DNA of 63,822 nucleotides, counting the filler, from Lama guanicoe (Eukaryota): assembly GCA_013239625.1 (NCBI GenBank). It is 168 parts of 168 records of this genome, joined end to end, with 100 filler letters (N's around TTAATTAATTAA, not from the genome) between each part and the next. Parts side by side here need not be neighbours in the genome. Positions count along the whole stretch, not along the records: positions 50,586 to 50,866 come from PNXV01052701.1; positions 50,967 to 51,247 come from PNXV01052702.1; positions 51,348 to 51,628 come from PNXV01052703.1; positions 51,729 to 52,009 come from PNXV01052704.1; positions 52,110 to 52,390 come from PNXV01052705.1; positions 52,491 to 52,771 come from PNXV01052706.1; positions 52,872 to 53,152 come from PNXV01052707.1; positions 53,253 to 53,533 come from PNXV01052708.1; 160 more parts are not named here. One strand, given 5' to 3'. The notes under the pieces are model-generated. The model was not told the DNA's origin, made no database searches, and saw nothing but the letters and a program-made list of their open reading frames with translations. The translations under genes were made by a program, and so were the position numbers. This document shows, piece by piece, positions 50,676 to 63,440 of the stretch. Every line of letters begins with the position of its first letter. Positions within the stretch are counted from its first letter, which is position 1.

Positions 50676-52109
50676 ATGCAGAAACCAAATGGTTAACTCT
50701 GAGAAATGAAATACAGTGCTTGAAATAAGAATTTTACTTGATGACATGAATAGATATTATAATTCATGTGGAATAAAATAATTTTTATTTATAAAAATAA
50801 AACAAACTGAAACAGATGGAAAGATACTGAAGACAGGAGTAGATTAAAAATTTGTAGGACAATGTTNNNNNNNNNNNNNNNNNNNNNNNNNNNNNNNNNN
50901 NNNNNNNNNNTTAATTAATTAANNNNNNNNNNNNNNNNNNNNNNNNNNNNNNNNNNNNNNNNNNNNAGTCATGCGTTCTTCGTGCTTCTTGACCTGGTTA
51001 CCTTTAGTTAACTTATACTGAAGGCACCAGTTTCATGATTGACCCTTAATTTGACCCTACATCTGTTCGCTCCCTTTATAATTCCAGCAGAACAACTTGA
51101 GAGCATTTTGGGGAGGCAAGAAGGGGTTGCGTTGTTGGGCTCACCCTGCGGTGTTCTGCTCTTCCTCAAGGTGGGCCTCTTCACGATTTTCCAAAGCATG
51201 TCCATCCTTGTCAAAGTGAGAAACAAATGCACGAACCGCCCAGCAATNNNNNNNNNNNNNNNNNNNNNNNNNNNNNNNNNNNNNNNNNNNNTTAATTAAT
51301 TAANNNNNNNNNNNNNNNNNNNNNNNNNNNNNNNNNNNNNNNNNNNNAAAAAATGAGTATCATTCCACCATGGAGATGGGGTGACTTTAGGAAAGATTCA
51401 AATTACTAGGAAAGGAAAATGAAGAAAAACAAGAGCGAGAGAAATGGATGATAAGGTAAAACAGTTTATGTTCTATTCTATGTCAGTTCATAGGAGACAC
51501 ATGTTGTGTAGGTCAAAGAAGGTCAGGGTTGAATTGGACCTTAGATAACCATGTGTTCCAGACAGACTGAGACCATTTAGCCAAGAAGGATGTCTCATCT
51601 GAAAACCCTCAGGATCAGATATTTCAAGNNNNNNNNNNNNNNNNNNNNNNNNNNNNNNNNNNNNNNNNNNNNTTAATTAATTAANNNNNNNNNNNNNNNN
51701 NNNNNNNNNNNNNNNNNNNNNNNNNNNNGTGTGCTGAGAAGAGGAACAGTGTCACTAGTCGGCGAGTCAGCCTGAGGTAGAAAACCTGACCGCCAAGCGC
51801 TGACGAGGGCTGAACTGTCCACTGCTGGTAGGAAGGCAGGATGGTAGCGCCACTCTGGGAAAGGGAGTGGCCGTCTCCTACAAAGCATGCACCTGCCGTG
51901 TGACCTAGCAATCCTTCACTCAAAAGACAGGACGACTTACACCCCGCCTCCTCCAGAGATTCATGCAAGGGTGTCCCAGTAGTCAGGTTGGGGCAACAGC
52001 CCAGCTGTCNNNNNNNNNNNNNNNNNNNNNNNNNNNNNNNNNNNNNNNNNNNNTTAATTAATTAANNNNNNNNNNNNNNNNNNNNNNNNNNNNNNNNNNN
52101 NNNNNNNNN

Positions 52110-52390
52110 GAAAATCCAGCTGGCTAGCAAAAAAACATGAGCAGGGAATCAGCAAACCGACACTTACTAACTTAGGTTTACGAGTTAGCCCAGCCCAGCT
52201 TTTCCTTCACATTCCCCGCCCTTGATGAGTTCACAACCCCTGTTGGAGTGGGCATCATCACTCACCTGTCGCAGGGGCTCATAATTGGAGGCTGACATCT
52301 GGAGTTTTATATTCTCCATCTGCTCACTGACAAAGCGGATCAGGAAGTCTAGGATAGAAGGCCCAAACAGCAGAACTGCAAACATCAGGA
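52110..52390 (-). mobile_element. env: Endogenous retrovirus 3' end: env TM/cytoplasmic tail, polypurine tract (52212-52223) and start of 3' LTR (TG at 52211)
   Basis: LLFGPSILDFLIRFVSEQMENIKLQM (gamma-type env tail motif LLFGPC.LN....FV...I...KLQM), then AAGGGCGGGGAA followed by TGTGAAGG. Confidence 0.82.
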
Positions 52391-52871
52391 NNNNNNNNNN
52401 NNNNNNNNNNNNNNNNNNNNNNNNNNNNNNNNNNTTAATTAATTAANNNNNNNNNNNNNNNNNNNNNNNNNNNNNNNNNNNNNNNNNNNNTAAAATATGT
52501 GTAATACAAATATAATCTTTAAAAAGACTATCACCATCAGTAACATGTTTCAGGTAATGGCATGTTAAATCCTAATTCTCTAAAGCAAAGAATATAATGA
52601 GACTACACAGCAAGAGGATGCTGTTAGTCCAAAAATGCTGTCAATGGAAAAACCCTCTAGTGTTCATATGACCTCTCTGATGACAAAAGGAGTGGGAAAG
52701 CATTCTCCCTCCTTGCACGATGAACACAATGTCACTCAGCACATATTCTATGCACATATTCTTAGAATATANNNNNNNNNNNNNNNNNNNNNNNNNNNNN
52801 NNNNNNNNNNNNNNNTTAATTAATTAANNNNNNNNNNNNNNNNNNNNNNNNNNNNNNNNNNNNNNNNNNNN

Positions 52872-53152
52872 AACGCATTCAGTAACACTGCAGAATATAA
52901 GATTAGTATACATACATCTACTGCTTTTCTATACAGTAACAATGTACTATCAGAAGGAGACAGCAAGTGAGCAATCCCATTTAAAATCACATCCAAAAGA
53001 ATAAAGTCCCTGGGAATAAACTTAACCAAGGAGGTGAAAGATCTGTATGTACTCTGAAAACTGTAAGACACTTATGAAGGAAACTGAAGAGGACACAAAG
53101 AAATGGAAAGATATTCCATGTTCATGGATTAGAAGAGTTAATATTGTTAAAA
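52872..53152 (+). mobile_element. LINE-1 ORF2 fragment
   Basis: ggaataaacttaaccaaggaggtgaaaga...aaatggaaagatattccatgttcatggatt. Confidence 0.92.
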
Positions 53153-54395
53153 NNNNNNNNNNNNNNNNNNNNNNNNNNNNNNNNNNNNNNNNNNNNTTAA
53201 TTAATTAANNNNNNNNNNNNNNNNNNNNNNNNNNNNNNNNNNNNNNNNNNNNTTTTTTTTTATAATTTATGTCCACATTATGTTATATGTTTCATTATCT
53301 AACGACTTTTTGCACTCAACATTGTTTTTCTGGGTTATATTCATACATTTTAGATTCAGTTCATCAATTCTAACACTTATATGGGGTTGCTGACTTCTTA
53401 AGTTTTTATGACATCTCTGGGCCTAAATGCTTTAGGCTGAATACGTCCAATTTTTTAATGAGACAAGGCAGAGAGAAACAAGTTTTACTTATGCAAATTT
53501 GTTACAGAGCTAACTTTGTTGAACTGTCTTTCCNNNNNNNNNNNNNNNNNNNNNNNNNNNNNNNNNNNNNNNNNNNNTTAATTAATTAANNNNNNNNNNN
53601 NNNNNNNNNNNNNNNNNNNNNNNNNNNNNNNNNCATTCTCTACATATTTTCTTTCAATGAATTATTTCTCTAAAGATTAATGCTATTATTTAATACCGTT
53701 TCCATGTTGCAAGTGAAAGGAGGCAGTTTCAATTGGGAATATACAAAGGTTTTGATAACGGAATGTCCAACAAACATTTTTTCTAATAAGGGGGGAAATG
53801 AAAAAGCCATGTTTACATGTTATACTGGTTATAAAGGCTGCATAAACACACATAAGGCAGTAACACTGCCTGGCACCTAGTGCCTGGCTATTTGCTGTTT
53901 TACTCTTCTGCAGANNNNNNNNNNNNNNNNNNNNNNNNNNNNNNNNNNNNNNNNNNNNTTAATTAATTAANNNNNNNNNNNNNNNNNNNNNNNNNNNNNN
54001 NNNNNNNNNNNNNNTTCCCAAGCCATCAACCCCCTTCTAGCCTCACATACTCCAGCAATGACCCTCAGTGACCCTCAGGTGGTTGTCAGCCACCTGAACA
54101 CTAACCCCTTAGAACTCCTACTCCAGGCACGCCGCCAGGCCCACAGCACTAAACCCAGCTCTGGTGCCACCTTCCCATTCGTCTGTCCCCATGCCACTGG
54201 GGGGCAAGCCAAGGACTCCCGGCTGTATCCACAGGACTATCAGAAACGCTCAACCCCGGGGCAGCCAGTGTGGAAAACAGGGTGCAGATTCCTCANNNNN
54301 NNNNNNNNNNNNNNNNNNNNNNNNNNNNNNNNNNNNNNNTTAATTAATTAANNNNNNNNNNNNNNNNNNNNNNNNNNNNNNNNNNNNNNNNNNNN

Positions 54396-54676
54396 GCAAT
54401 CCCAAAATTGTATTGAACTGCAGAAAACCCTGAATAGCCAAAGCAATCCAGAGAAAGAACAAAGCCTTAGGCATCACATTTCCTGATTTCAAACTATAAC
54501 CACAAGGCTATAGAAATTAAAAGAGTATGATACTGGCACAAAAATAGACACACAGAGCACTAAAACAGAATAGGCAACTCAGATTTAAACCACTGTATAT
54601 ATGGTCAACTAATATTCAACAAGGGAACTAGGAACACCTAACAGGGAAAAGATACTCTCTTCAACAAACGGTGTTG
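54396..54676 (+). mobile_element. LINE-1 ORF2 fragment
   Basis: gaatagccaaagcaatc...ggcatcacatttcctgatttcaaacta...tactggcacaaaaatagacac. Confidence 0.9.
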
Positions 54677-54776
54677 NNNNNNNNNNNNNNNNNNNNNNNN
54701 NNNNNNNNNNNNNNNNNNNNTTAATTAATTAANNNNNNNNNNNNNNNNNNNNNNNNNNNNNNNNNNNNNNNNNNNN

Positions 54777-55057
54777 GGGTTAGGTCAGGTCACTAGACTG
54801 GCAAGTCTTGATTAAGAACTTACATCTTTCAACCACAACCCACCTCCCCCATCATGCCTATGAGATGAAGCCTTCATAAAAATCCCCCAAAATAGAGAGT
54901 TTAGGGATCTTCCAGGTTGTTGAACACACGGAGGTGCTGGGAGAGCAGCACACCTGGAGAAGCCATGGAAGCTCCATGCTCCTTCCTTATACTTTACTCT
55001 TATGTCTCTTCATCTGACTGTTTATTGTATCTTTTTACATCTTCTATAATAAGCCAG
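54777..55057 (+). mobile_element. MER21-like LTR fragment
   Basis: catgcctatgagatgaagccttcataaaaa...ttccaggttgttgaacacacggaggtgctgggag...catggaagctccatgc. Confidence 0.75.
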
Positions 55058-55538
55058 NNNNNNNNNNNNNNNNNNNNNNNNNNNNNNNNNNNNNNNNNNN
55101 NTTAATTAATTAANNNNNNNNNNNNNNNNNNNNNNNNNNNNNNNNNNNNNNNNNNNNAAACGACTGCAGAGAGGGAACGGTTTTCAAAAGCTACGGGGCC
55201 AGCTGGGAGGCAGGAAGGGCGACACTGGCAGCATCATTTCCAGACAAAATGAAAAACCTTTAATGTCCTGTGCGCAGAACTCCCAGATCAATAGGTGTTT
55301 GGGGTAGGATCACTAGGACTGTTTTGTCTGCAAGGAAAAACAAAACCAAACACACTTGTCTTTCCACATACATGCCTTTCCTTTAATGGGCCAACTAGTA
55401 AAGGAAACAGAAGGCTCATCTGGGATACAACTAATGAGNNNNNNNNNNNNNNNNNNNNNNNNNNNNNNNNNNNNNNNNNNNNTTAATTAATTAANNNNNN
55501 NNNNNNNNNNNNNNNNNNNNNNNNNNNNNNNNNNNNNN

Positions 55539-55819
55539 ATGTCCTGCAAATGAAGGAGGAGAATGTCCTCAAATCCTTGCAGTAGAACCCGCTTAGGTGG
55601 CACCAGCTGTCACTTCCAAAGGGAACAGCACGTCCACAAAAGGAAAAGTGATGGCATTAACTCATAAACCTGAAGAGAATGTGGGAAAAGCTTCTGCTGG
55701 CAGTTGGTGCCATTGTTGACGCTGAGAACCCGGCTGAGGCCAGTGTCCTGTCCTCCAGGAACGCTGGCCAGTGAGCTGTGCTGAAGTTTGCTGCTGCCAC
55801 CAGAGCCGCTCCTGTTGGT
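55539..55819 (+). pseudogene. RPSA: Processed pseudogene of ribosomal protein SA (uS2)
   Basis: [58 protein letters not shown]; frameshifts, a TGA at 55772-55774, and no introns. Confidence 0.95.
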
Positions 55820-55919
55820 NNNNNNNNNNNNNNNNNNNNNNNNNNNNNNNNNNNNNNNNNNNNTTAATTAATTAANNNNNNNNNNNNNNNNNNNNNNNNN
55901 NNNNNNNNNNNNNNNNNNN

Positions 55920-56200
55920 TTGCATTTTTTTACACTAACAATGAAATATCAGAAAATGAAAGTAAAGAGACAATACCCTTTAAAATTGTATTTTAAAAAA
56001 GTAGTTAGGAATAAACTTGACCAAGGAGGTGAAAGACTTATATGATGAGAACTACAAAACACTGATTAAGGAAATTAAAGATGATTAAAACAAATGGAAA
56101 GATATCCCATGATCTTGGATTGAAAGAATTAGTATTGTTAAAATGGCCATCCTACCCAAAGCAATCTACAGATTTAATGTGATCCCTATCAAATTACCCA
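55920..56200 (+). mobile_element. LINE-1 ORF2 fragment
   Basis: ttaggaataaacttgaccaaggaggtgaaagac...aaaatggccatcctacccaaagcaatctacagattt. Confidence 0.93.
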
Positions 56201-56681
56201 NNNNNNNNNNNNNNNNNNNNNNNNNNNNNNNNNNNNNNNNNNNNTTAATTAATTAANNNNNNNNNNNNNNNNNNNNNNNNNNNNNNNNNNNNNNNNNNNN
56301 AGAATTGAAGCTCAGTATTAAATGTGTATTACAATTAACAGACAGCCTAAAATTAGGCCAAGAAACACATATGCACAAATACATACACACACAGCCATTG
56401 AGCAAACAAATGGGAGGGGCATAGAATTAAGGTGTAGCTGGTATTAGACCTGGGTTACTTCAAATCCAAGAAATGAAAGAGTTGACTATGAGGAACCTCA
56501 GAAACCAGCTGCTTTCACTGTATCAGGAAAACTTTGCCCAGATTTCAACATGGTCCAGGGAACACAGATTGAATGCTTACANNNNNNNNNNNNNNNNNNN
56601 NNNNNNNNNNNNNNNNNNNNNNNNNTTAATTAATTAANNNNNNNNNNNNNNNNNNNNNNNNNNNNNNNNNNNNNNNNNNNN

Positions 56682-56962
56682 CAGTATGTAGCCTTCTCAG
56701 GTTGGCTTCTTTATCTTAGTAACATGTACTGATGATTCCTCCATGTCTTTTCATGGCGTGATACCTCATTTCTCTCTAGTGCTGGAAAATACTCCATTCT
56801 CTGGATGTACCACAGTTTATTCATTTGCCTTCTGAGGACATCCTGGTTGCTTGCAAGTTTTGGCAATTACGAATACTGCTGTAAACATCTGTGTGCAGGT
56901 TTTTGGGTGGACGTAAGTTTTCAGCTCCTCTGGGTCAATACCAAGGAGTGAGACTACTGGCT
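56682..56962 (-). mobile_element. Old LINE-1 (L1MB-like) fragment
   Basis: tggatgtaccacagtttatt...ggttgcttgcaagttttggcaatta; homologous to 62797-63058. Confidence 0.85.
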
Positions 56963-57443
56963 NNNNNNNNNNNNNNNNNNNNNNNNNNNNNNNNNNNNNN
57001 NNNNNNTTAATTAATTAANNNNNNNNNNNNNNNNNNNNNNNNNNNNNNNNNNNNNNNNNNNNTAATATAGTTTGGATTTTTTTTTGATATGGTCTCTTCT
57101 CAGTATTATGTATCTAAGATTCATACATGTTTAGTACAGTTTAGTTTGTTTATTCTCATTCTTGGGTGAATGTATCACAGTTTATTTACGTATCTGTCTT
57201 AATGGTTCTTCGGACTCCAGGAACTCGTTTCAAACTCTTTGAGCCAATCTTTTGAATCTTCCCTTAGCTTGAGGAAGATTGAAAAAGACACACGATGGCA
57301 GCTTCACTCCTATTCTCTCTGACTCCTCAGTGAATCATCAGTTNNNNNNNNNNNNNNNNNNNNNNNNNNNNNNNNNNNNNNNNNNNNTTAATTAATTAAN
57401 NNNNNNNNNNNNNNNNNNNNNNNNNNNNNNNNNNNNNNNNNNN

Positions 57444-57724
57444 TATAACAAAAAAGAAGACTCACAGATATATACAATAAATGAGAGGTTACCTGTGAGG
57501 AGAGCAAGTGGGGAAGGGCAAGATAGGGGTGGGGAATTAAGAAGTACAAATACTATACAATATAAATAAGCTACAAAGATACATTGCACAGCACAGGGAA
57601 AATAGCCAATATTTTATAACTGTAAATGGAGTATAATCTTTAAAAATTGTGAACCACCTGAAATTTACATAACATTATAAATTAACTATACCTCAGTACA
57701 AAAATTAATAAAATGAAAAAAAAA
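57444..57724 (+). mobile_element. LINE-1 3' end (L1MA9-like) with polyA
   Basis: aataagctacaaagat...cagcacagggaaaatagccaatatttt...ttataaattaactatacctca followed by an A tail. Confidence 0.88.
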
Positions 57725-58384
57725 NNNNNNNNNNNNNNNNNNNNNNNNNNNNNNNNNNNNNNNNNNNNTTAATTAATTAANNNNNNNNNNNNNNNNNNNN
57801 NNNNNNNNNNNNNNNNNNNNNNNNTAAATACATTTAGCTGCCACCTTCAGGGTGTTCAAGATGAGTACTTTTATCTTTCCTTTCCTCAGTATTCTCCATG
57901 GACAACAAAATTATTTAGTATCTCTCTGCCCCTTTCTCTCCCTCCTCCCTCCCCCCACAGCTAAACATAATAGAATGACTTGAAGCAGCTTTTCTTGCTT
58001 CCTTTTTCCTGGACTCCATAATGTTTACTATTAGTTCTTTAAGCCAAAGACAATCTCTCAGGTGCATTCTATCCAAAATATGTATCTGAAATATTTTGAC
58101 TCAAGNNNNNNNNNNNNNNNNNNNNNNNNNNNNNNNNNNNNNNNNNNNNTTAATTAATTAANNNNNNNNNNNNNNNNNNNNNNNNNNNNNNNNNNNNNNN
58201 NNNNNCCTTCTTCTCTTCCCTTTTTGCTTGTGTTAATGTTTTTCCTGGTGTTGGTGGCTGGGCAGAAGAAATGAAAGTCAGCCAACGAAGGCAGCCACAC
58301 AATCTGTTATTGTTGTTTTTTGTTTTTATGGGTTTTTTGTTTTTTTGGCAAGGGTATATATATGTGTATATAAAAATATATATA

Positions 58385-58476
58385 TATGTATATATTTTTT
58401 AACAGAGGTACTGGAGATTGAACTGGAGATTGTGCATGCTAAGCATGCTGTCTACCACTGAGCTATGTCCTCCCCC
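58385..58476 (-). mobile_element. tRNA-derived SINE, Vic-1-like
   Basis: Reverse complement reads ggggaggacatagctcagtggtagacagcatgcttagcatgcac...ttcaatctccagtacctc. Confidence 0.8.
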
Positions 58477-59419
58477 TCAGATAGTCNNNNNNNNNNNNNN
58501 NNNNNNNNNNNNNNNNNNNNNNNNNNNNNNTTAATTAATTAANNNNNNNNNNNNNNNNNNNNNNNNNNNNNNNNNNNNNNNNNNNNAAGAGAAGCGCTTC
58601 CATTTGGGGCTACAACTGAGCACTGTGAGGTACTAACCCCTGAAGAAGAGTGTATTAAAGGGATCTTAAGGTCACAGTAAGTTTCGTGAGAAACTTTTGT
58701 GAGATCTCTACACACTTTCACTGTAAAGCTGTCTGAACATAAAGTGAACCTTCATTATGTGGCTTTAAGATTTTGGGCTTTGGTCTTTTGAGGAGCCCTT
58801 ACATTTATGAAATTCAGATATTGCTTCTTTTAATGAAACAATCAGCTCTAAAGGGTTTTTTCTTTTTNNNNNNNNNNNNNNNNNNNNNNNNNNNNNNNNN
58901 NNNNNNNNNNNTTAATTAATTAANNNNNNNNNNNNNNNNNNNNNNNNNNNNNNNNNNNNNNNNNNNNCTTTCTCAGAACAGGCAAAGAGATTAGCCTGAG
59001 GAAAAGGTACTGACACATATGGTTTACCAGTTCCCACCACCAGAATTCTCTCAATCTGTCCAATTTTGAGCCACTTGCCAAGTATTTCCTATCTGAAAGT
59101 TTTGTTCATCCAGGTTCTCCTGATTCTCTTGTCCCTGAAATCCCTGAATACTGCAGAGTCTCTTCCTAGAATCCCTTCCTTTGATCCTTTCATAGGTTGA
59201 CCAGAGTAGGAATTACTAGTTTTAGTAAAGAATTCTAACTGAGCAGCCNNNNNNNNNNNNNNNNNNNNNNNNNNNNNNNNNNNNNNNNNNNNTTAATTAA
59301 TTAANNNNNNNNNNNNNNNNNNNNNNNNNNNNNNNNNNNNNNNNNNNNTTTTCTATATCAAGAGATATTTATATACACAGATAGACATTCTCTTTATCCA
59401 TTTGTCCAGGGAGAGGGAA

Positions 59420-59629
59420 AGAGAGTAAGAAATTGGCTCACATGACAATGGAGGTTGAAAATCCCATAATCTCTCATCTGGAAAGTAAAGATCTAAGAAA
59501 GCTGGTGGTAAAAACCCAAGTCCAAGGGTAGGTGAACACCAATGTCCTGGATCCAATAGTCAGGCAGAGAGTGAATTCTTTGTTCCACAATCCTTCAGTT
59601 CTACTCAGGTCCTGAATAGATTGGATGGA
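59420..59629 (-). mobile_element. MLT2 (ERVL) LTR
   Basis: aattggctcacatgacaatggagg...aagctggtggt...gtcaggcagagagtgaattc...gattggatg. Confidence 0.78.
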
Positions 59630-60491
59630 NNNNNNNNNNNNNNNNNNNNNNNNNNNNNNNNNNNNNNNNNNNNTTAATTAATTAANNNNNNNNNNNNNNN
59701 NNNNNNNNNNNNNNNNNNNNNNNNNNNNNAGTGAACTTGAATTTGATTTCCGCAGACTGTTCTCAGAAACCTAGCAGAGCCCCAAGAACTACCTGTGAGA
59801 CCAGGAATCTTAGCAGGAACTGACGGGCCCAGGGGACTGGTGAAGCCCTGAAAGTTCATGTCTGCATAACTGTGTTCATGTGTACAGGGTTACTGGAGAG
59901 CAGATCCCTGACATAACACTAGATTTTCAAGGATTCTATAATTGAAAGAGAGTAAGAACCCCTTTTATGAAGTTTTATTCTGTATGTCCTTAGGTTTCCT
60001 TTTTCACCTTNNNNNNNNNNNNNNNNNNNNNNNNNNNNNNNNNNNNNNNNNNNNTTAATTAATTAANNNNNNNNNNNNNNNNNNNNNNNNNNNNNNNNNN
60101 NNNNNNNNNNGGAGGCCTTTTAAAGTTTAACTTGAGGTCCCTTATAAAAAGTTCCAGCAAGATCAAATTTAAAATAGCCTCTTAAAATATTCTTTTTTAC
60201 AGAGTGGTGGATCTTCACATAGATATTCTTTGCACTGAACGGTTTGTCAGGAAGCCTGGAAAGTAAAAGTTAAGTTTTACTGTGACTGTGTGGTGTGCAT
60301 GGGGTCCAAGGGAAGTGAGGGTCTTGCAGCGAAGGCTTCTGTGGGGCAAGACACAGTCTGAAAATGTGCTGATCGGTTCACACGCTTCCCANNNNNNNNN
60401 NNNNNNNNNNNNNNNNNNNNNNNNNNNNNNNNNNNTTAATTAATTAANNNNNNNNNNNNNNNNNNNNNNNNNNNNNNNNNNNNNNNNNNNN

Positions 60492-60520
60492 CCTTCTACT
60501 CCGCCATCTTCTCCGTCCTC
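60492..60520 (-). mobile_element. LINE-1 extreme 5' end (YY1 site) abutting flanking DNA
   Basis: Reverse complement gaggacggagAAGATGGCGGagtagaagg. Confidence 0.6.
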
Positions 60521-61861
60521 GACTATATTAGTTTTAAAAGAAAGAAACATCACCACTAGAGAAAATAAAAATTATGCAGGAAAGGAAGTGTCAGAGCATA
60601 AGTACATAACTCCGCTGTGAACAGCATTTACATAGTTGTAGTGATGTAAGTACTGAAGGCTGGTATAATGGGAAAGTTGAATAAAATATATTCTCCAACA
60701 AAAAGACATTCTGAAAATTTCTATCTATTATTTTCTAAAATTTTCCAGTGCATGTATTGATACATCTTTCTTNNNNNNNNNNNNNNNNNNNNNNNNNNNN
60801 NNNNNNNNNNNNNNNNTTAATTAATTAANNNNNNNNNNNNNNNNNNNNNNNNNNNNNNNNNNNNNNNNNNNNGCTGTTTGTTTGCCTTACTGTATTTCAC
60901 TTCATAATGTTCCTTAGTCTTCTGTTCATTTTATGGTATCTGCGATGCTGCATTCTACTGACTGCATATTATTCCACTGCGTGGATGTAACCTGACTTAA
61001 CCACACCGTATTAATGAATATTTAGGTTATTTTCAGTCTTCTGCTCTAACAACCAAAACTTATAGATAAGTCATTTCATTCACATGCAGTTATATCTATA
61101 GAGTAAGTTCATGATAGTAGAATTGATGATACCCATCTCAGTGATTTTTTTTTNNNNNNNNNNNNNNNNNNNNNNNNNNNNNNNNNNNNNNNNNNNNTTA
61201 ATTAATTAANNNNNNNNNNNNNNNNNNNNNNNNNNNNNNNNNNNNNNNNNNNNGCTGACAGTACTCTCTTGTGTTTTGTTTACTCTTCCTGCCTTGAGAG
61301 ATATGTACAGAGCATGATCTCTATTGTTACATTAGTGAGAATGAAAGTATGAAGACGTTAAGGGAATTATCTGAACTCATACATACAGGGAACTGGGGAC
61401 AAAACACATTTTCTGTCTCACAGCTTTATATTTTGTATCAAACACTAGCTTATGTTTGGCTAACATCCACGAGGACTAGGAAGATAATATGGAAAATTTA
61501 AGCATTCTGGGTGGAAGGAGGGACATTGCTCCAGNNNNNNNNNNNNNNNNNNNNNNNNNNNNNNNNNNNNNNNNNNNNTTAATTAATTAANNNNNNNNNN
61601 NNNNNNNNNNNNNNNNNNNNNNNNNNNNNNNNNNATGGAAATGTTACCAGGGGCTACTGGAAAGATATTAGTTGTTATTCCAGCAGTGGACACAAATGGG
61701 TGCAGATCCATGTATGTTATCAACACTGACAGCTTGTCAATGGCTCTGCACCGCACAGCTGTGACACTCTGCTCTCTTGTGTTCTTTCTCAATCAGGAGT
61801 CAAGATAATGGGGGAGCAACCACACATACCAGTGCAGTTGTGTCTGCTGTTGAGGTTTTTT

Positions 61862-61915
61862 TTTTAACAGAACTAGAACAAATCATATTAAAATTTATAT
61901 GGAATCACAAAAGAC
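61862..61915 (+). mobile_element. 5'-truncated LINE-1 ORF2 fragment
   Basis: FLTELEQIILKFIWNHKR. Confidence 0.8.
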
Positions 61916-62796
61916 NNNNNNNNNNNNNNNNNNNNNNNNNNNNNNNNNNNNNNNNNNNNTTAATTAATTAANNNNNNNNNNNNNNNNNNNNNNNNNNNNN
62001 NNNNNNNNNNNNNNNGTCTTTTTAAAAAAAAAAATTCAACCTCATTTAAATAGAAATTTGTTCTGAAACTTCAAAAACAAAATTAAAGACAGATTGATAT
62101 ATTCAACCAATAGAATGCTACACACAACATGAAAAAATGAATTACCAATATTTGTAGGCATACTGTGTTGCATTAAAAAATCAGAAACAAAAATATTCAT
62201 ATATGATTTAATTTATATTCAAGAATAAGCAAAACTCTTGTGATAAAAAGTCTGTTTCTCTCTTGAGAGGTTGGGTACTTGAAAATGAACAAAAGANNNN
62301 NNNNNNNNNNNNNNNNNNNNNNNNNNNNNNNNNNNNNNNNTTAATTAATTAANNNNNNNNNNNNNNNNNNNNNNNNNNNNNNNNNNNNNNNNNNNNGGAA
62401 GGCTTGTAGCTGGAAAGAACACAATAAATACATATTTTATTCAAGTCCAAGTGCTTCCTATTTTACACAATTAAGAGCAAATCTCAAAAAACCTGTGAGG
62501 CTTATGACTTCACATAGAAATGTCCACCTGTCTACCAACAGAAAGCAAACAGCAGCTTATCCCAAGTGAATAGGGATAAACTGATTTGACCTATGTTATT
62601 TAACCAGAAATCACTATATCTTATTAAACGCCTGCTAGGGACCAGGGACTTAACACAGATTTTCTCATTTAGTCATTNNNNNNNNNNNNNNNNNNNNNNN
62701 NNNNNNNNNNNNNNNNNNNNNTTAATTAATTAANNNNNNNNNNNNNNNNNNNNNNNNNNNNNNNNNNNNNNNNNNNNCTCTCTCTTTTTTTTTTTT

Positions 62797-63058
62797 TTAG
62801 CACTGAATAGTATTCCATTATCTGAATGTACCACAGTTTATGTATCCATTCATCCACTGAAGGACATCTTGGTTGGTTGCTTCCAAGTTTTGGCAATTAT
62901 GATTAAAGCTTCTATAAACATCTGTGTGTAGTTTTACGCATTGACATAAGTTTTCAGCTCCTTTGGGTAAATATCAAAGTGAATGATTGCTAGTTCACAT
63001 GGCAAGAATATGTTAGTTTTGTAAGAAAACAGCAAATTGTCTTCCAAAGTAGCTATAC
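62797..63058 (-). mobile_element. Old LINE-1 (L1MB-like) fragment
   Basis: tagtattccattatctgaatgtaccacagtttat...ttccaagttttggcaattatg. Confidence 0.85.
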
Positions 63059-63391
63059 NNNNNNNNNNNNNNNNNNNNNNNNNNNNNNNNNNNNNNNNNN
63101 NNTTAATTAATTAANNNNNNNNNNNNNNNNNNNNNNNNNNNNNNNNNNNNNNNNNNNNCCAGCATCTATGCCTGAACCCCAGAATCATATAACCAGATGC
63201 CTAGTCAGTGACTGAGAACTCCACCCTCTTTTTAGGTCAGAGGGGAAAAAAGCTTAAAAGTCAGAGTTACCCCTGACTCCACTTTGCCTCCTACTTACAA
63301 ACAACCCATTAACAACACTTCTGGACCCTCCATTCACAATCTACTCATTACACCACCACCTCTGAGCACACCACTACAGCTACCTAGTCCC

Positions 63392-63440
63392 CACCACCAC
63401 CGACATCATCACCACCACCGTCATCACCACCACCACCACC
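63392..63440. repeat. (CAC/CAT)n trinucleotide repeat at contig end
   Basis: Direct observation. Confidence 0.9.

Noticed and set aside
51146..51207. Possible minus-strand exon (MDMLWKIVKRPTLRKSRTPQ) with a gtgagc donor
   Set aside because: Weak AAG acceptor and no recognisable protein
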